Source: Heterodontus francisci | Taxonomy: Eukaryota | NCBI RefSeq assembly: GCF_036365525.1 | Contig: NC_090383.1 | Location: forward strand, 120,282,531-120,346,530 | Length of the DNA: 64,000 bases | Reading direction: 5' to 3' | Shown here: positions 1 to 13,095 of the stretch, piece after piece | Numbering within the stretch: position 1 is the first letter of the stretch | How the letters are laid out: each line of letters starts with the position of its first letter | Notes under the pieces: model-generated | Told to the model about the DNA's origin: nothing | Seen by the model: the letters and a program-made list of their open reading frames with translations, nothing else | The model's database searches: none | Made by a program: the position numbers and the translations under genes

Positions 1-310
1 TTCTGTATCTCTTTACTTTGTGTTTGGCTGATTGCTATCCTGCGATTCACACTTCATCCAGACACAACTTTTGTTTCTTCACTTGTCCCATTACCAGTCC
101 ATTTGGCTTTGTACCATGAAACCTTTTGTCATTTAATCTCTCCTGCCCTCCGTCCAATCTCAGACCTTCCCTTTTGTTCTTCTTCCCTCCTTGTCCTTTC
201 ACTTGCTTATAACTTATTACATTTCTAACTTTTCTCAGTCATGATCAAAGGTCACAGACCTGAAACATTAATTCTTCTTTTTCTCTCCACAGATGCTGCC
301 TGACCTGTTT
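1..310. mobile_element. Penelope-like element terminal fragment (decayed)
   Basis: Contains 'tttttctctccacagatgctgcctgacctg' and a pyrimidine-rich tract; inverse-homologous to 47655-47900, which adjoins a GIY-YIG-like remnant. Confidence 0.5.
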
Positions 311-939
311 TTGTTCTGTTGTCTTTAACAGCTCCTGACCATAAGAAACATTCCATGGTGTTTTATGGAGGTGTGAGGAAAGCAGATGTCAAACCAAACA
401 AGGAGCGATTGGAAATGAAGAAAAGAGCTACTTCTCATTCTCTCAATTCAGTAAGGTTCACTTTGGGACTGTGTGGGTGCTCTAAGAGCTCAGCATCGCT
501 AAATCTATCTGCATATTTTATCCTACATGATTTGTTTTCTTCTGCTCAATCTTAATGTTCTGTACCTCACTGTGGGAGATGATCCCACAGGCAATGCCAG
601 CCTTCAATAGCTCACCCGAATGACTGTTCTTTATCAGTGAGCCTGGACAATGTGTTTTGGATAGCTTCTTGAACCTAGAGTGACACAGCTGAATTTATTT
701 ATCGTCACACCCCAGAGTTCAGGAGTGGGATAACAGGGCTGTGTGACTCTGTCATATCTGACGGTGTAAATGCCCAGTGAATGATGAAAAGGCCCAAACT
801 ATCTCAATTATTACAATGAAATATCTGACAGCAAAACACCCACCTCACAACAACCATCAAAATCGGTAAGTTAAACTCAAAACCTAATTATCATAAATCG
901 AACCCAGGTTGGGTGACCCCTCTCTGGGCATTTACTTAC

Positions 940-991
940 CCACTGCCACACAAAGGGTCAGAGTCAGGACTGAAAGGGTCAAGCCAAACAT
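940..991 (-). CDS. Signal-peptide (leader) exon of a paralogous IgSF gene running off the left edge: MFGLTLSVLTLTLCVAV(G)
   Basis: ATG at 991-989, 17 mostly hydrophobic codons plus 1 nt, then GTAAGT donor (939-934), phase 1. Inverted paralog of 30590-30641 with 4 synonymous codon differences and 1 non-synonymous. Confidence 0.8.
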
Positions 992-1029
992 TTCAAACAA
1001 ACTTATTTTGAAAATATTAAATTCCTGTT

Positions 1030-1210
1030 TTTTCACACACTGTATAATCTGTACTGTCAATGTTTCAGAGGTGGGTCAATGTCACAACTTCCGTATGTTC
1101 TTGTGAATATAAACCACACAAAGAGGAAGGAGTAAGATCCAATGGCTGTCCTGTTGTTAAAAACCTCGTTGAAAATGTATTCACACATCACAGACAAGCA
1201 GCCAAGACTT
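1030..1210 (-). promoter_or_regulatory. Putative promoter with ETS and RUNX motifs
   Basis: On the + strand: ACTTCCG (ETS, 1087-1093), AACCACA (RUNX, 1112-1118), GAGGAAG (ETS/PU-box-like, 1123-1129). All are conserved in the paralogous promoter at 30370-30560. Confidence 0.6.
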
Positions 1211-2054
1211 TCTTCCCAGTCTCTCTCCATCTCTCTGGAAGGAAGTGACCTGCTGGAGTGGAGATTCACAGGCTCTGACAGCCATTCAGCAGCTTATTCT
1301 AAAATCCATTCTTCCCGTGTGAGGTAGATACCAGGGACGAGAAAGTTACCCACACACTGCCCATTTATCATTGTTAACCAACCTACTAAGGTCCTGACTA
1401 GGTGGACAGGAAGTGCATGCATTTCCTTCTGGAAGTCTGCTGTACTGGTTAATGTGGATAGTCTGACATCAGGAACACACATTGATGCATTTATAGCATA
1501 GAATTATTTATTTAAATCGAAAGTTTGATGCTTCGCAATGGTAGAAAGGATGGAGGAGTCCAATTCCACCAGATCTAGAGAGACGTTGCAGGATTTCTCC
1601 AATCTGCACTGTGGAACGTGTGGCAAGCTCCATGGAAATTGTAGCAGGGTGCTCCCATGGAACACTGCTACCAGCTGTTGGCTCCTGTTTATAGGCTCAT
1701 TCAGGCTGCTCTGTAGACTCAGGGTGAAAACCTCTGTACTGAATTCAACAAGCTGACAAAACCGGGGCTTCTAAGAGGCCACTTGCAGTTCTCTTGCTGA
1801 TGTGCTGTTGGCTCAGGGGAGGGAGGAATGGTAGGATAGGCAAGAAAAATACAGTCCTTCTTCAGAATGTCTGCCAATCTGAGCCATTGTCTTCAACCAA
1901 TACCTCAAACATGGGAATGGTGTATAACAGCCTGCTTCCAATGTCTGATAAAGCCACTGGGGCAGTGAATTAAGGGTTACATGGTGGTGGTGGGCAGGGG
2001 GAGTATAGTTGCATGAGTGTGCTCCAGTTGCCATCAGTCTAACCCTGTGAGCCA

Positions 2055-2870
2055 TTAGAGACCTATTGCATCATGAGCAGTAAGATGATCCACATCCTCC
2101 TCCTCACTATTGTCCTCATCAGAGGAAGAGCCCTGAGTGTCTTCTACCTCCTGAGCCTCCAGCTGATGTTGTGATGTTGTGACATAATAATTCTTGACAC
2201 CTTGGCTTGTGAATACTGTTGAACTCCTAGACCTGTCAATGCACCTGAACTTACACGTGAGCATTCCAATGGCTTGTTCGATTATGCATCCCGTGCTGAT
2301 GTGACTGCGGTGATATCCCACCTGCTGTTGAGTGGTGGAGTTCCTGAGAGGTGTAATGAGCCAAGGTTTAAACAGCCATCATTTGTGGCTGGCTCCAGGT
2401 TGAAATATATTGGGGCTATTCGACAGCCAGAGTATGAAAGCATCGTGGCAGCTCTCTGGGAATCATATGCAGGCCGGCATGAATCTATTCCTGTTGTTAC
2501 AGAAAAGCTGCACATTTATGGAGTGAATCTTTTTGTGTTGTTAAATGCTACTGGTTAGTCAGAGGTGCTCTGATTACCACAAACATGCTGGCTTTGATCC
2601 CCTGAGCCTCTCTGATATCAGCCAGAGATTTGAACCCCAAAGCTCGCTCAATCTGACTGCTGCCATTACATGCAATGTTCATATATTTGTTTGCCCTGGA
2701 CAATAAGCCATTTATCACCTGCCTGATGCCAACTGAAACACCATTGATATGTCTCCTATTACTGTGTGAAAAGATTCAGAAGCAAAGAATTTGCAGGTGG
2801 TGCAGATATTTACTGCTCCTGGCACAACATGGCCATCAGGTCCAACAGGCGGAATGTCTTCCTCGAGGAG
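2055..2870 (-). mobile_element. PIF/Harbinger transposase (HARBI1-like DDE nuclease) fossil
   Basis: Minus-strand translation gives HSINVQL..., FPESCHDAFIL..., WLITPLRN..., HISTGCIIEQAIGMLTCKFRCIDRS, matching HARBI1-family motifs; interrupted by stops and frameshifts. Confidence 0.75.
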
Positions 2871-3734
2871 AACATAAGAATATAAGAATGGAAGAAATAG
2901 GAACATTCGGCCCCTCAAGCCTGCTCCACCATTCAGTAAGATCATGGCTGATCTGATTGTGGTCTTAACTCCACATTCCTGCCTGTCCTCCATAATCCTT
3001 GACTCCCTTGCAGATCAAAAATCTGTCTAACTCAACCTTGAATACATTCAATGACTCAGCCTCCACTGCTCTCTGGGGAAGAGAATTCCGAAGATTAACA
3101 ACCCTCAGAGAACAAATGCCTCCTCATCTGTCTTATTCTGAAAATGTGTCTCCCTCATTAGAGATTCCCCCACAAGGGGAAACATCTTCTCAGTATCCAC
3201 CCTGTCAAGCCCTCCAGAATCTTATAGGTTTCAATAAGATCATCTTTCATTCTTCTGAACTCCAATGAGTATAGGCCCAACCTGCTCAACCTTTCCTCAG
3301 AAGACAACCCCTTCATCCCACAAATCAGTTTAGTGAACCTTCTCTGAACTGCTTCCAATGCAAGTATATCCCTCCTTAACTAAGGAGACCAAAACTGTAC
3401 ACAGTACTCTAGGTGTGGTCTCACCAATGCCCTGTACAGTTGCAGCAAGACCTCCCTACTATTATATTCCATCTCCCTTGCAATAAAGGCCAACATTCCA
3501 TTTGCCTTCCTAATTAGTTACTGTACCTGCATATTGATGTTTTGTGATTCATGTAGAAGAACACCCAGATCCCTCAGTACCACAGCATTCTGCAGACTCT
3601 CACCTTTTCAATAATATTCTACTTTTCTATTCTTCTTGCCAAAGTGGACAACCTCACATTTTCTCACATTATACACCATCTGCCAAATTTTTGTCCACTC
3701 ACTTAACCTATCTATATCGCGTTGCAGACATTTT

Positions 3735-5013
3735 GGCTGGGATTTCCTCGGGTCCAGCCAAGGTGAGATTGGAAGCGGGGGCCTGGAGTAGTGTGTCAGT
3801 TATTGGGGGAGCAGCGGGGTGGAGGGCCTGTCGTCTCCCCATTGCCCAGCGATCTTCCCGGGGTGGGATAGGCTAATGACGGGAACAAATGTACCCTCGG
3901 GAATCCCCTCCCTCGGACTGAACGACCACCCTCCCACCCCCCCTTGTCTCACATCCCTCTGTTCCGGGGTTCCAGCGCTGGGCCAGGGTCCGAGGCATCT
4001 GCTATACTGACAGTGGCTATCGCTACTGGTGGCATTGTCAATACTGCTGAGCTTCCGGCCCTCTGATTGGCCGGCAACTGTTGGAGGTGGGATCCTTGTC
4101 CCTTTAAAGCCTTTAAAAGTTTGGAGATCCCACCTCCTCAAACTTTGGGCTGGGTTTTCTTCTCCCGCTGTAAAACCCCGCCATGCTGCTGTGCTCTTCC
4201 TGACAGTGGCCCATGATAACGACCTGGTCGGACCATCCCCCCAATCACATGGAAGGGGTGGGCTCTCCGACACTGGTAATGGCGTTAGCTGCACAAGCGC
4301 TGGCATCATTTTTAAAGGGCAGCCAGCCCTGCCGTCTCACTGACATTTTGAAAGTATTACTCCTCCCACTGTACTGCATTCTAACCTTTCGCCCCTTTCC
4401 CACCACCTAGTAAGAAGTAAATTCAATATTTTCCATCTCCCCAACAAAACACTTAACTTCAACACTTGACCTTCCACCCCCTGCAAACTGAACAAAGTGC
4501 AGAGGCCACCCACTCCTCCTTCCCCTACACTAGTGAAGTAAATTTCACCCCATCTCCCCCCGCCCACCCTGACTGCACTGAAAATCAAACTCCCCCCTTC
4601 CCCACCACGGTGGCACCTGCTTTCCCTTGATGGGAAAGTGAAGGCGCGTGAGTGCCAGCCGCCGGTCAGAAGATCACGGCCCACAAGTCAGATTGGAGTG
4701 GATTGTATTTAAATTTATGCATTGTGTTAATTTAAATATTCAAAGCTGAGTCCTATCGCCCAGCGGCAGTGGGGGTTGGGCGTCCGCCACAGAGCCTCAC
4801 CGCCGCTGGGAAGATCGGGCCCAGCACTCCCAACGTTGGACTCCATGGCGGACCACTGCCAGAATGATCTTCTGGAGCCCCCATAGCCACGGAGCCCGGC
4901 TGGAATCAAAAGGCTGGGAGATCGCTCCGGGGGGCATGAAAAGACAGAAGTGGGGTACCCCCCGCCTTTTTGGCCTGGCACCAGCAGCCCCACCTCCAGC
5001 ACACAATCCAGCC
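3735..5013. mobile_element. Non-autonomous PIF/Harbinger-type element (GC-rich)
   Basis: Ends GGCTGGGATT...AATCCAGCC (inverted), flanked by TTT/TTT; removing it restores the CR1 sequence. Confidence 0.65.
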
Positions 5014-5735
5014 TTTGTGTCCTCCTCACAACTTCCTTTCCTACCTATCTTTATATTGTCTGCAATTTTGGCTACAATACACTCGGTCTTTTCATCTAAG
5101 TCATTAATATAGATTGTAAATATTTGAGGTCCCAGCAATGATCCCTGTGGCACTCCACCAGTTATAGTTTGCGAATCTGAAAGAGACCCATTTATCCTGA
5201 CTGTTTCCTGTTAGTTAGCCAGTCCTCTATCCATGCTAATATATTACCCCCCGCACCATGAGCTCATATCTTGTGTAAGAACCTTTTATGTGGACACCTT
5301 ATCGAATGACTTTTGGAAATCCAAATTCACTACAAGTACTGGTTCCCTTTCATCCACTCTGCTTGTTACATTCTCAAAGAACTCTAATAAATTTGTCAGA
5401 AAGGATTTTTCTTTCATAAAACCATGCTGACTCTGCCTGATTGCATTCTGATTTTCTAAATGTCCTGCTACTATTTCCTTAATAATCTTTCCTTAATAAT
5501 ACTACATAATAATAATGCACTCAGTTTTTCAATGACAGACGTTAGGCTAACTTGCCTATATTTTCCTGCTTTCTGTAACTCCTCACCCCTATGCACTTTC
5601 TTGAATACAGGTGTTCCTTACAATCTAGGAAATTTTAGAAGCTTACAACCAATACATTTTCTATCTCTGCAACTTTTTTTTTATTCATTCATGGGATGTG
5701 GGTGTCGTTGGCAAGGCCAGCATTTATTGCCCTTC

Positions 5736-6640
5736 ATAAGGTCCCACATAAGGGATTAGTGTGCAAAATTAAAGCACATGGGATTGGTGGTAAGGTACTG
5801 ACATGGATAGAGAACTGGTTGGCAGACAGGAAACAAAGAGTAGGAATAAACGGGTCTTTTTCCGAGTGGTAGGCGGTGTCTAGTGGCGTACCACAGGGAT
5901 CAGTGCTAGGACCCCAGCTATTCACAATATATATTAATGATATAGATGAGGGAATTAAGTGTAATATATCCAAGTTTGCAGATGACACAAAGCTGGGTGG
6001 GAGCAGTGAGGAGGATGCAGAGAAGCTCCAGTGTGATTTGGACAGGTTGAGTGAGTGGGCAAATGCATGGCAGATGCAGTATAATGTGGATAACTGTGAG
6101 GTTATCCACTGCGGAGGCAAAAACAGGAAGGCAGATTATTATCTGAATGGCGATAGATTGGGAAAGGGGGAGGTTCAGCGAGACCTGGGTGTCCTTGTGC
6201 ACCAGTCGCTGAAAGTAAGCATGCAGGTGCAACAGGCAGTTAAGAAGGCAAATGGTATGTTGGCCTTCATAGCCAGAGGATTCGAGTACAGGAGCAGGGA
6301 TGTCTTGTTGCAATTATACAAGGCCTTGGTGAGACCACACCTTGAGTATTGTGTGCAGTTTTGATCTCCTTATTTGAGGAATGATGTTCTTGCTGTGGAG
6401 GGAGTGCAGCGAAGGTTCACCAGACTGATTCCTGGGATGGCAGGACTGATTTATGAAGAGAGATTGGGTCGATTCGGCTTGTATTCACTAGAGTTTAGAA
6501 CAATGAGAAAAGATCTCACAGAAACCTACAAAATTCTAACAGGACTGGACAGACTAGATGCAGGAAGGATGTTCCCGATGGTGGAGGAGTCCAGGACCAG
6601 GGGTCACAGTCTAAGGATAAGGGGTAAGTCATTTAGGACT
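5736..6640 (+). mobile_element. CR1-clade LINE ORF2 (RT) fragment
   Basis: SGVPQGSVLGPQLFTIYIND, SKFADDTKL and [12 protein letters not shown] motifs, with a stop. Confidence 0.85.
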
Positions 6641-7840
6641 GTTCCCCTTGTCCTTCTAGGTGGTAGAGGTTGCAGGTTTGGAAGGTGTTGTTGAAGGAGG
6701 CTTGGTGCATTGCCACAGTGCATCTTGTAAATGGTACACACTGCTGCCACTCTGCGTCAGTGGTGGAGGGAGTGAATGTTGAAGGTGTCGGTGAGCTGCC
6801 TTCCTGAACCACTGCAGTCCTTGGGGTGTAGGTACGCCAACAATGCTGTTAGGAAGGGAGTTCCGGAATGTTGATGGGGTACCAATCAAGCAGGTTGCTT
6901 TGACCTGGATGGTGTCGAGCTTCTGGAGTGTTGTTGGAGCTGCACCCATCCAGGCAAGTGGAGAGTATTCCATCACACTCCTGACCTGTGCCTTGTAGAT
7001 GGTGGACAGGCTTTGTGGAGTCAGGAGGTGAGTTACTCGCTGCAGGATTCCATAGAACCATAGAAAGATTATGACACAGACGAAGGCCATTTCAGCCTGT
7101 CGTGTCCATGCCAGCTGAAAAAACAAACTAGCCACCCAATCTAATCCCACTTTCCAGCACCTGGTCCATAGCCTTGCAGGTTACAGCACTTCCGGAGCAT
7201 GCCCAGGTACCTTTTAAATGAGTTGAGGGTTTCTGCCTCCACCACCACACCTAGCAGTGAATTCCAGACACCCACCACCCTCTGGGTGAAAAAGCTTTTC
7301 CTCATGTCCCATCTAATCCTCTACCAATCACCTTAAGTCTGTGCCACCTGGTAATTGACCTCTTTGCTAGGGGAAACAGGTCCTTCCTGTCTACTCTATC
7401 TAGGCCCCTCATAATTTTGTACACCTCAATAAAGTCATCCCACAGCCTCCTCTGTTCTAAGGAAAACAACCCTAGCCTATCCAATCTTTCCTCATAGCTC
7501 CAACTTTCAAACCCTGGCAACATTCTTGTAAATCTACTCTGTACTCTCTCCAGAGCAATTCCTAGCAGATTCCTGGCCTCTGACATGCTCTAGTAACCAT
7601 AGTATTTATATGGTTAATCCAGTTCAGTTTCTGGTCAATGGCAACCTCCAGGATGTTGGTAGTGGGGGATTCAGCGATGGTAATGCCATTGAATGTCAAG
7701 GGGAGATGTTTAGATTCTGTCTTGGTGGAGATAGTTATTGCCTGGCACTTGTGTGGCGCAAATGTTACTTGCCACTTATCAGCCCAAGCCTGGATATTGT
7801 CCAGGCCTTGCTGCATTTCTACATGGACTGCTTCAGTATC
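6641..7840 (-). mobile_element. Fragment of the 31677-34960 LINE family, interrupted by a CR1 3' end (~7052-7560)
   Basis: ILQRVTHLLTPQSLSTIYKAQVRSVMEYSPLAW and QAWADKWQVTFAPHKCQ match ORF 34080-34649. Confidence 0.8.
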
Positions 7841-10800
7841 TGATAAGTCTTTTAAGATTCTAGGATGCTGGCCATTGGGTCCAGGAGACTTGTCAACCTT
7901 TAGTCCCATTAGTTGTCCTTGTACTTTTTCTCTAGTGATTGTTTTAAGTTCGTCCCTCCCTTTTGCCTCTTGATTTTCTGCTATTTTTGGAATGTTTTTG
8001 CATCTTCTACTGTGAAGACAGATACAAAATACTTGTTCAAAATCTCTGCCATTTTCTTGTTTCCCATTATTAATTCCCCAGTCTCATCCTCTAAGTGACC
8101 AATACACTTCCTTTTTGTATATTTGTAGAAGCTTTTACCATCTGTTTTTATACTTCTTGCTAGTTTACTCTCAGACTCTAATTTCTCCAACTTTGTTTAA
8201 TCATCCTTTGCTGGTTTCTAAAACTTTCCGAATCTTCAGGCCTATCACTAATCTTTGCAGCATTGTACACCTTTACTTTCAATTTGATACCATACTTAAC
8301 TTCTTTATCAGCCACAGATGATGCATCCTTCTCATAGAATCTTTCTCAATGGAATGTATCTTTGTTGAGAGTTATGAAATATCTCCTTAAACGTCTACCA
8401 CTGCTTTTCTACCGTCTTACAGTTCAACTTATTTTCGCAGTCCACTTTCGCCAAGTCCATCTTTCTATCTGTGTAATTGCCTTCATTTCAGTTCAAGACA
8501 CTAGTTGAAGACCCAAACTTCTCACCCTCAAGCTGAATGTGAAATTTTATCATGTTATGATCACTCTTGCCTACAGGATCGTTTGCTATGAAGTAATTTA
8601 TTAATCTTGTCTCAGTAGACATTACCAGGTTTTAAATAGCCTGCTCCCGGGTTGGTTCCAGAAGGTATTGTTCTACGAAACTGTCCCTAATATACTCTAT
8701 GAACTCATCCTCCAGGCTACCTTTGCCAATTTAGTTAGACCAACTATATCAAGCTTAAAATCACCCACAATTATTGCAATAACTTTCCTACAAGCCCCAA
8801 TTTTTTCCTCGATTTATACTCTGGCCTACAGTGTAGCTCCTGTTAGACGGCCTATAAACTACTCCCATCAGTGACCTCTTTCCTTTGTTATTTCTTTTAT
8901 CCACCCAAACTGACTCTACATTTTGATCTTCTGAGCCAAGATCATTTCTTATTGCACTGATCTCATCAATTATTAACAGAGTTCCCCCACATGCTTTTCC
9001 TTTTTTCCTATCCTTCTGAAATGTCAAATATCCTTGTATATTTAGCTCCTAGCATCGGTCACCTTGCAACCATGACTCTGTAAAGGCTATCATACGATAC
9101 ATATTTATTTCTATTTGCACTAACTTGTCTTGTTATGAACGCTAAGTGCATTCAGATAAAAGTTGCAGAATTCAGGACCTCTGACAACACTGTTCTTCCA
9201 AGAAGTTTAAGAAACTGAGTCTGTACACCCTGCAGCATTGGCTATGGCCTTCCACAAGCACAATCCCTATGTTGTTGCCAACCTGGATCTCCCCCCTCAG
9301 CTCACCCTTAGCTGTTGGTGCTCCTTTTCCTCCTCTTCTTCGTCTCCCCCCCTTCATCAATCCAATCCGGTGCAGGTATCGCAGCACACACGATCAACAT
9401 CTCCTTTTCCAAGAGTAGAGTACAAAGGTCACAATCTCAAACAAACGGATATCACAAAAATGGAGCTGACAATGAACTGAGGGTACAGATCTGAATGCAG
9501 CAATTACATTCACATCGAGCCTCCTTAATTTTAAGCACCTTGATAAAGTTGCGACCAATGCAGTGTCCATTTCCCCGGTAACCATACCGACCCATGGGAA
9601 ACCCATGAATCAGCAGTTGAATTCAATTCAGGTTCTTAATTGCACCACAGGACCCTGATTAATATGTTCATGTGCCTCCCACATCTCCATAAGATTTGCC
9701 AGTGCCAAGAATCAGTGCTGTTATATTGTGGTAATCGGGAACACGTGTTGCTCGATTACAACAATTGAACTCCTCGCCTGACCCTCTCTTGTTCACCATG
9801 AAGTTAAAATTGAGGTCACAACTACTGGGCCTTTCTGGTTTAAGTCCAAGGATCCTGTCAGAAAATAATGAGAGAATATTTCAAATGTCTTTAAGGAGGT
9901 TTGGTAAATTTGGCATCCACCATTGGGCTCTGAAGGGAAATATAGACTGTTTCTGACCCTATGATTGAACTTTTGGCCAAAAACTAACACAAACTACATT
10001 TCCACTGCATCATACAACAGAGTACAACACAGCAGGCTAACAGCAGAGAAACCCACAGAGAAGGGAGACTACGAGTTGAATACTCCTCTCATTGGTGAAT
10101 TAGACCTCAGGGGAAATGTCGTCTGCCAGTGTTAATCCACTGTTAATTGCCATTCTTGTTCCCTCTCAACAGCTGAGTATCAGAGGATCTCATTTCTACA
10201 AAGGAAAACTCCCTACAAACACTATATCAACTTCTTCAATCAAAATCATTCATGACTCCAAATGACTCTGTCAACTCCCATTGCCTGACACAAGGGCTGG
10301 TCTTCATGGACACATCATTTAAAGGGACAATGGTCCTTCACATCTCAGCATGTACTTGGAAATTGACCACATTACTCATATTCCCCTAACATTGTCTTCT
10401 CTGACTCCAAGGTAAAGATGCCCTACAACTAGTAAAGAAATACAGCCGAGTTCTTCCACTCCTTCATTCTACTTCCTGAAGCAATTACACTTTTTCCATT
10501 TTAATATTATGGAGAACACAACACAGTAGAATAATCCCTGAGACTAGGCTGTATTGATTCTTGGTTTTATTGTTGCTTTCCATCAGATTTATCCTGAACT
10601 TTAACTGGGACTTGAGAATTCCTGTAGTCTGTTCTATGACACTATGTGTAGTGACATGGGCTGTTATGCATATGTATCTATTGCCCACCCAAACCCCAGC
10701 CTGCAGCAGCCTTACTGGAGTCCATAAGGCACAAATGCAAGGGACCGCTTTCTGAGGCACTAAGGATCTTACAGCCTTGGTGCAAACAAAGGAGTTGAAT

Positions 10801-11262
10801 TCCAGGGCTGAGGTGAGAGTCACTGCCCTTGGCACCAAGGCAGCATTTGACTGAGTGTGGCATCAAGGTTTGCCAGCAAAATTGATGTCAGTGGGAATTG
10901 GGGGAAAACACTCCACTGGTTGGAGTCACACCTAGCGCAAAGGAAGATGGTTCTAGTTGTTGGGGGCCAATCATCATAACATCAGAACATCAATTCAGGA
11001 GTTCCTCAGGGTAGTGTCCTAGGTCCAACCATCATCAAGTGCTATATCAGTGACCTTCCTTCAATCATAAGGTCAGATTAGGGATGTTCATTGATTACAC
11101 AGTCTTCAGTACCATTTGAGACTCCTCAGATACTGAAGCAGTCCGTGCTCACATGCAGCAAGAACCTGGGCATTATCCAGGCTTGGGCTAAAAAGTGGGA
11201 AGTAACATTCGCGTCACACAAGTGCCAGGCAATGACCATCTGCAACAAGAAAGAATCTAACC

Positions 11263-13095
11263 TTCATGTTGGCCTTCATAACGAGAGGATTTGAGTACAG
11301 GAGCAGGGATGTCTTGCTGCAATTATACAGGGCCTTGGTGAGGCCTTCTTCTTCTTCTTTGGGCCTCCTTATCTCGAGAGACAATGGATACGCGCCGGCG
11401 CATGCCTGGGCAAATTTATGGAGGTTGAGAGTTGCCCAGTCGTCAAAACCCCCCTCTCAGCCTTTCTGGTGGGGTCCAAAGGAGTGCAGGACACGACGTT
11501 TGGCACCAGTATGGCTGCAGGAACTGCCGGAAACATGCCAAAGGTGACACATGACCGCCTACGAGGTTCCGCTCCGGATTTTCTGTTAGGGTTTACTCCC
11601 TTAGCCTTGGTCTCTCCCGAGACGCCCACAAGGCAGTGGGGTTGTTGGGGCCCCTACACAGGTGTAGGATGGTGCCGGTTGGAGGAGGGGATGCAAGGGG
11701 GAGGGGTAGAGGGAGGAGGGGGGGGTGCAGGGGAAGGGGGTGCGGGGTGAAGATGGTGCGAGGGGGGGGCGGGCTGGGACGGGGTTGTGAGGGGGTGAGC
11801 TGAGAGGGTGGAGCAGGGAAGGGGACGGGGGTGGGGGGGGTGGAAGGGGGGTAAAGGGGGGGGAGGGGGGGTGGAATCTGGTGCAGGTAATAAGCCATTT
11901 CCTCAGTGCCCACCATCGACGTCCGGAAAGCTCAACCACGTCCTTCGGGAGGTGAAGCATCATTTGGCAGACTTAGAGGTGATTACATTTGCTAAGGGTT
12001 TTTTTTTCTGCAGTGGTTTAAATAAAGGCATGCAGCATTGCCGACAGTGCGCTGCAGATGCTCTCCGAGCCATCTCCCGCGGGCGCTTTGAAGTTGCGGC
12101 CGGGGGGGCCGTTCGTGGATGTTTTGGGTGTTCGGGGCACCTTTTCACAGGACTTCTCTCGGGTCCCGCAGCTCCTTCTTCACCTCAATGGACTTACCGC
12201 ATGCCGTGGCTGCAGACACTCTGGACTGTGAAGACAGCAGGATCGGAGATTAAAGTATCGGCAGCTGTTCTCGTCAGTTTCATCCGGATCAATTTCATTG
12301 AGAAAACAAAGAGCAGGTGTGGCTGGGGGAGGGCAGTGGGCCCAGGTAACATACACTAAACTAACTGTTAACTTTTAGATAGGGCTAAAATGAACTGATT
12401 TAAAGAGCCAGGGGAATTTAAACAGTTTAAGAGGGCAGATTGGGGGAGAAAACGTTAGGGATGGGAGCAGATGGCCATGGATAGAGTTGAACAGCAAGGG
12501 AGCTTCCTAGGGAGCTTCCAGCCCAGGAGCCATCTTGGAACCAAGTGAGGCCACACCTGGAATATTGTGTGCAATTTGAGGAAGGATGTTCTTGCTATAG
12601 AGGGAGTGCAGCGAAGGTTTACCAGACTGATGGTGGGACTGACGTATGAGGAGAGATTGAGTCGGTTAGGATTATATTCGCTGGAGTTCAGAAGAGTGAG
12701 GGGGGATCTCATAGAAACCTATAAAATTCTAACAGGACTTTACAGGGTAGATGCAGGAAGGATGTTCCCGATGGTGGAGGAGTCCAGAACCAGGGGTCAT
12801 AGTCTAAGGATACGGAGTAAACCTTTCAGGACTGAGATGAGGAGAAATTTCTTCACCCAGAGAGTGGTGAGCCTGTGGAATTCACTATCACAGAAAGCAG
12901 TTGAGGCCAAAACATTGTATGTTCTCAAGAAGGAGTTAGATATAGCTCTCGGGTCTAAAGGGATCAAAGAGTATGGGGCGAAAGAGGGAACAGGCTACTG
13001 AGTTGGATGATCAGCCATGATCATAATGAATGGCGGAGCAGGTTCGAAGGGCTGAATGGCCTACTCCTGCTCCTATTTTCTATGTTTCTATAATT
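11263..13095 (+). mobile_element. 5'-truncated CR1 LINE (11263-11345 plus 12545-13095)
   Basis: [27 protein letters not shown]|HLEYCV... continues across the insert; flanked by 7-bp TSD TCTAACC (11256-11262, 13096-13102). Confidence 0.8.
11346..12544 (-). mobile_element. Non-autonomous, internally deleted RTE derivative
   Basis: 8-bp TSD GTGAGGCC (11338-11345, 12545-12552). 11346-11395 matches the RTE 3' tail (~51220-51262) and is joined to sequence nearly identical to the RTE 5' UTR (54747-55095). Confidence 0.85.

Larger units (their letters stand above)
2871..9160 (-). mobile_element. Old CR1-clade LINE (ORF2 remnants plus 3' tail) fragmented by nested insertions
   Basis: 3' tail at ~2871; RT remnants EAVQRRFTKLI and PQGSLLGPQIFTIYINDL; endonuclease remnants near 8800-9030. 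Pieces at 2871-3734, 5014-5640 and 7840-9160 are collinear. Confidence 0.75.

Noticed and set aside
2055-2870. Domesticated HARBI1 host gene
   Set aside because: Multiple stops and frameshifts and truncation by a CR1; a transposon fossil.
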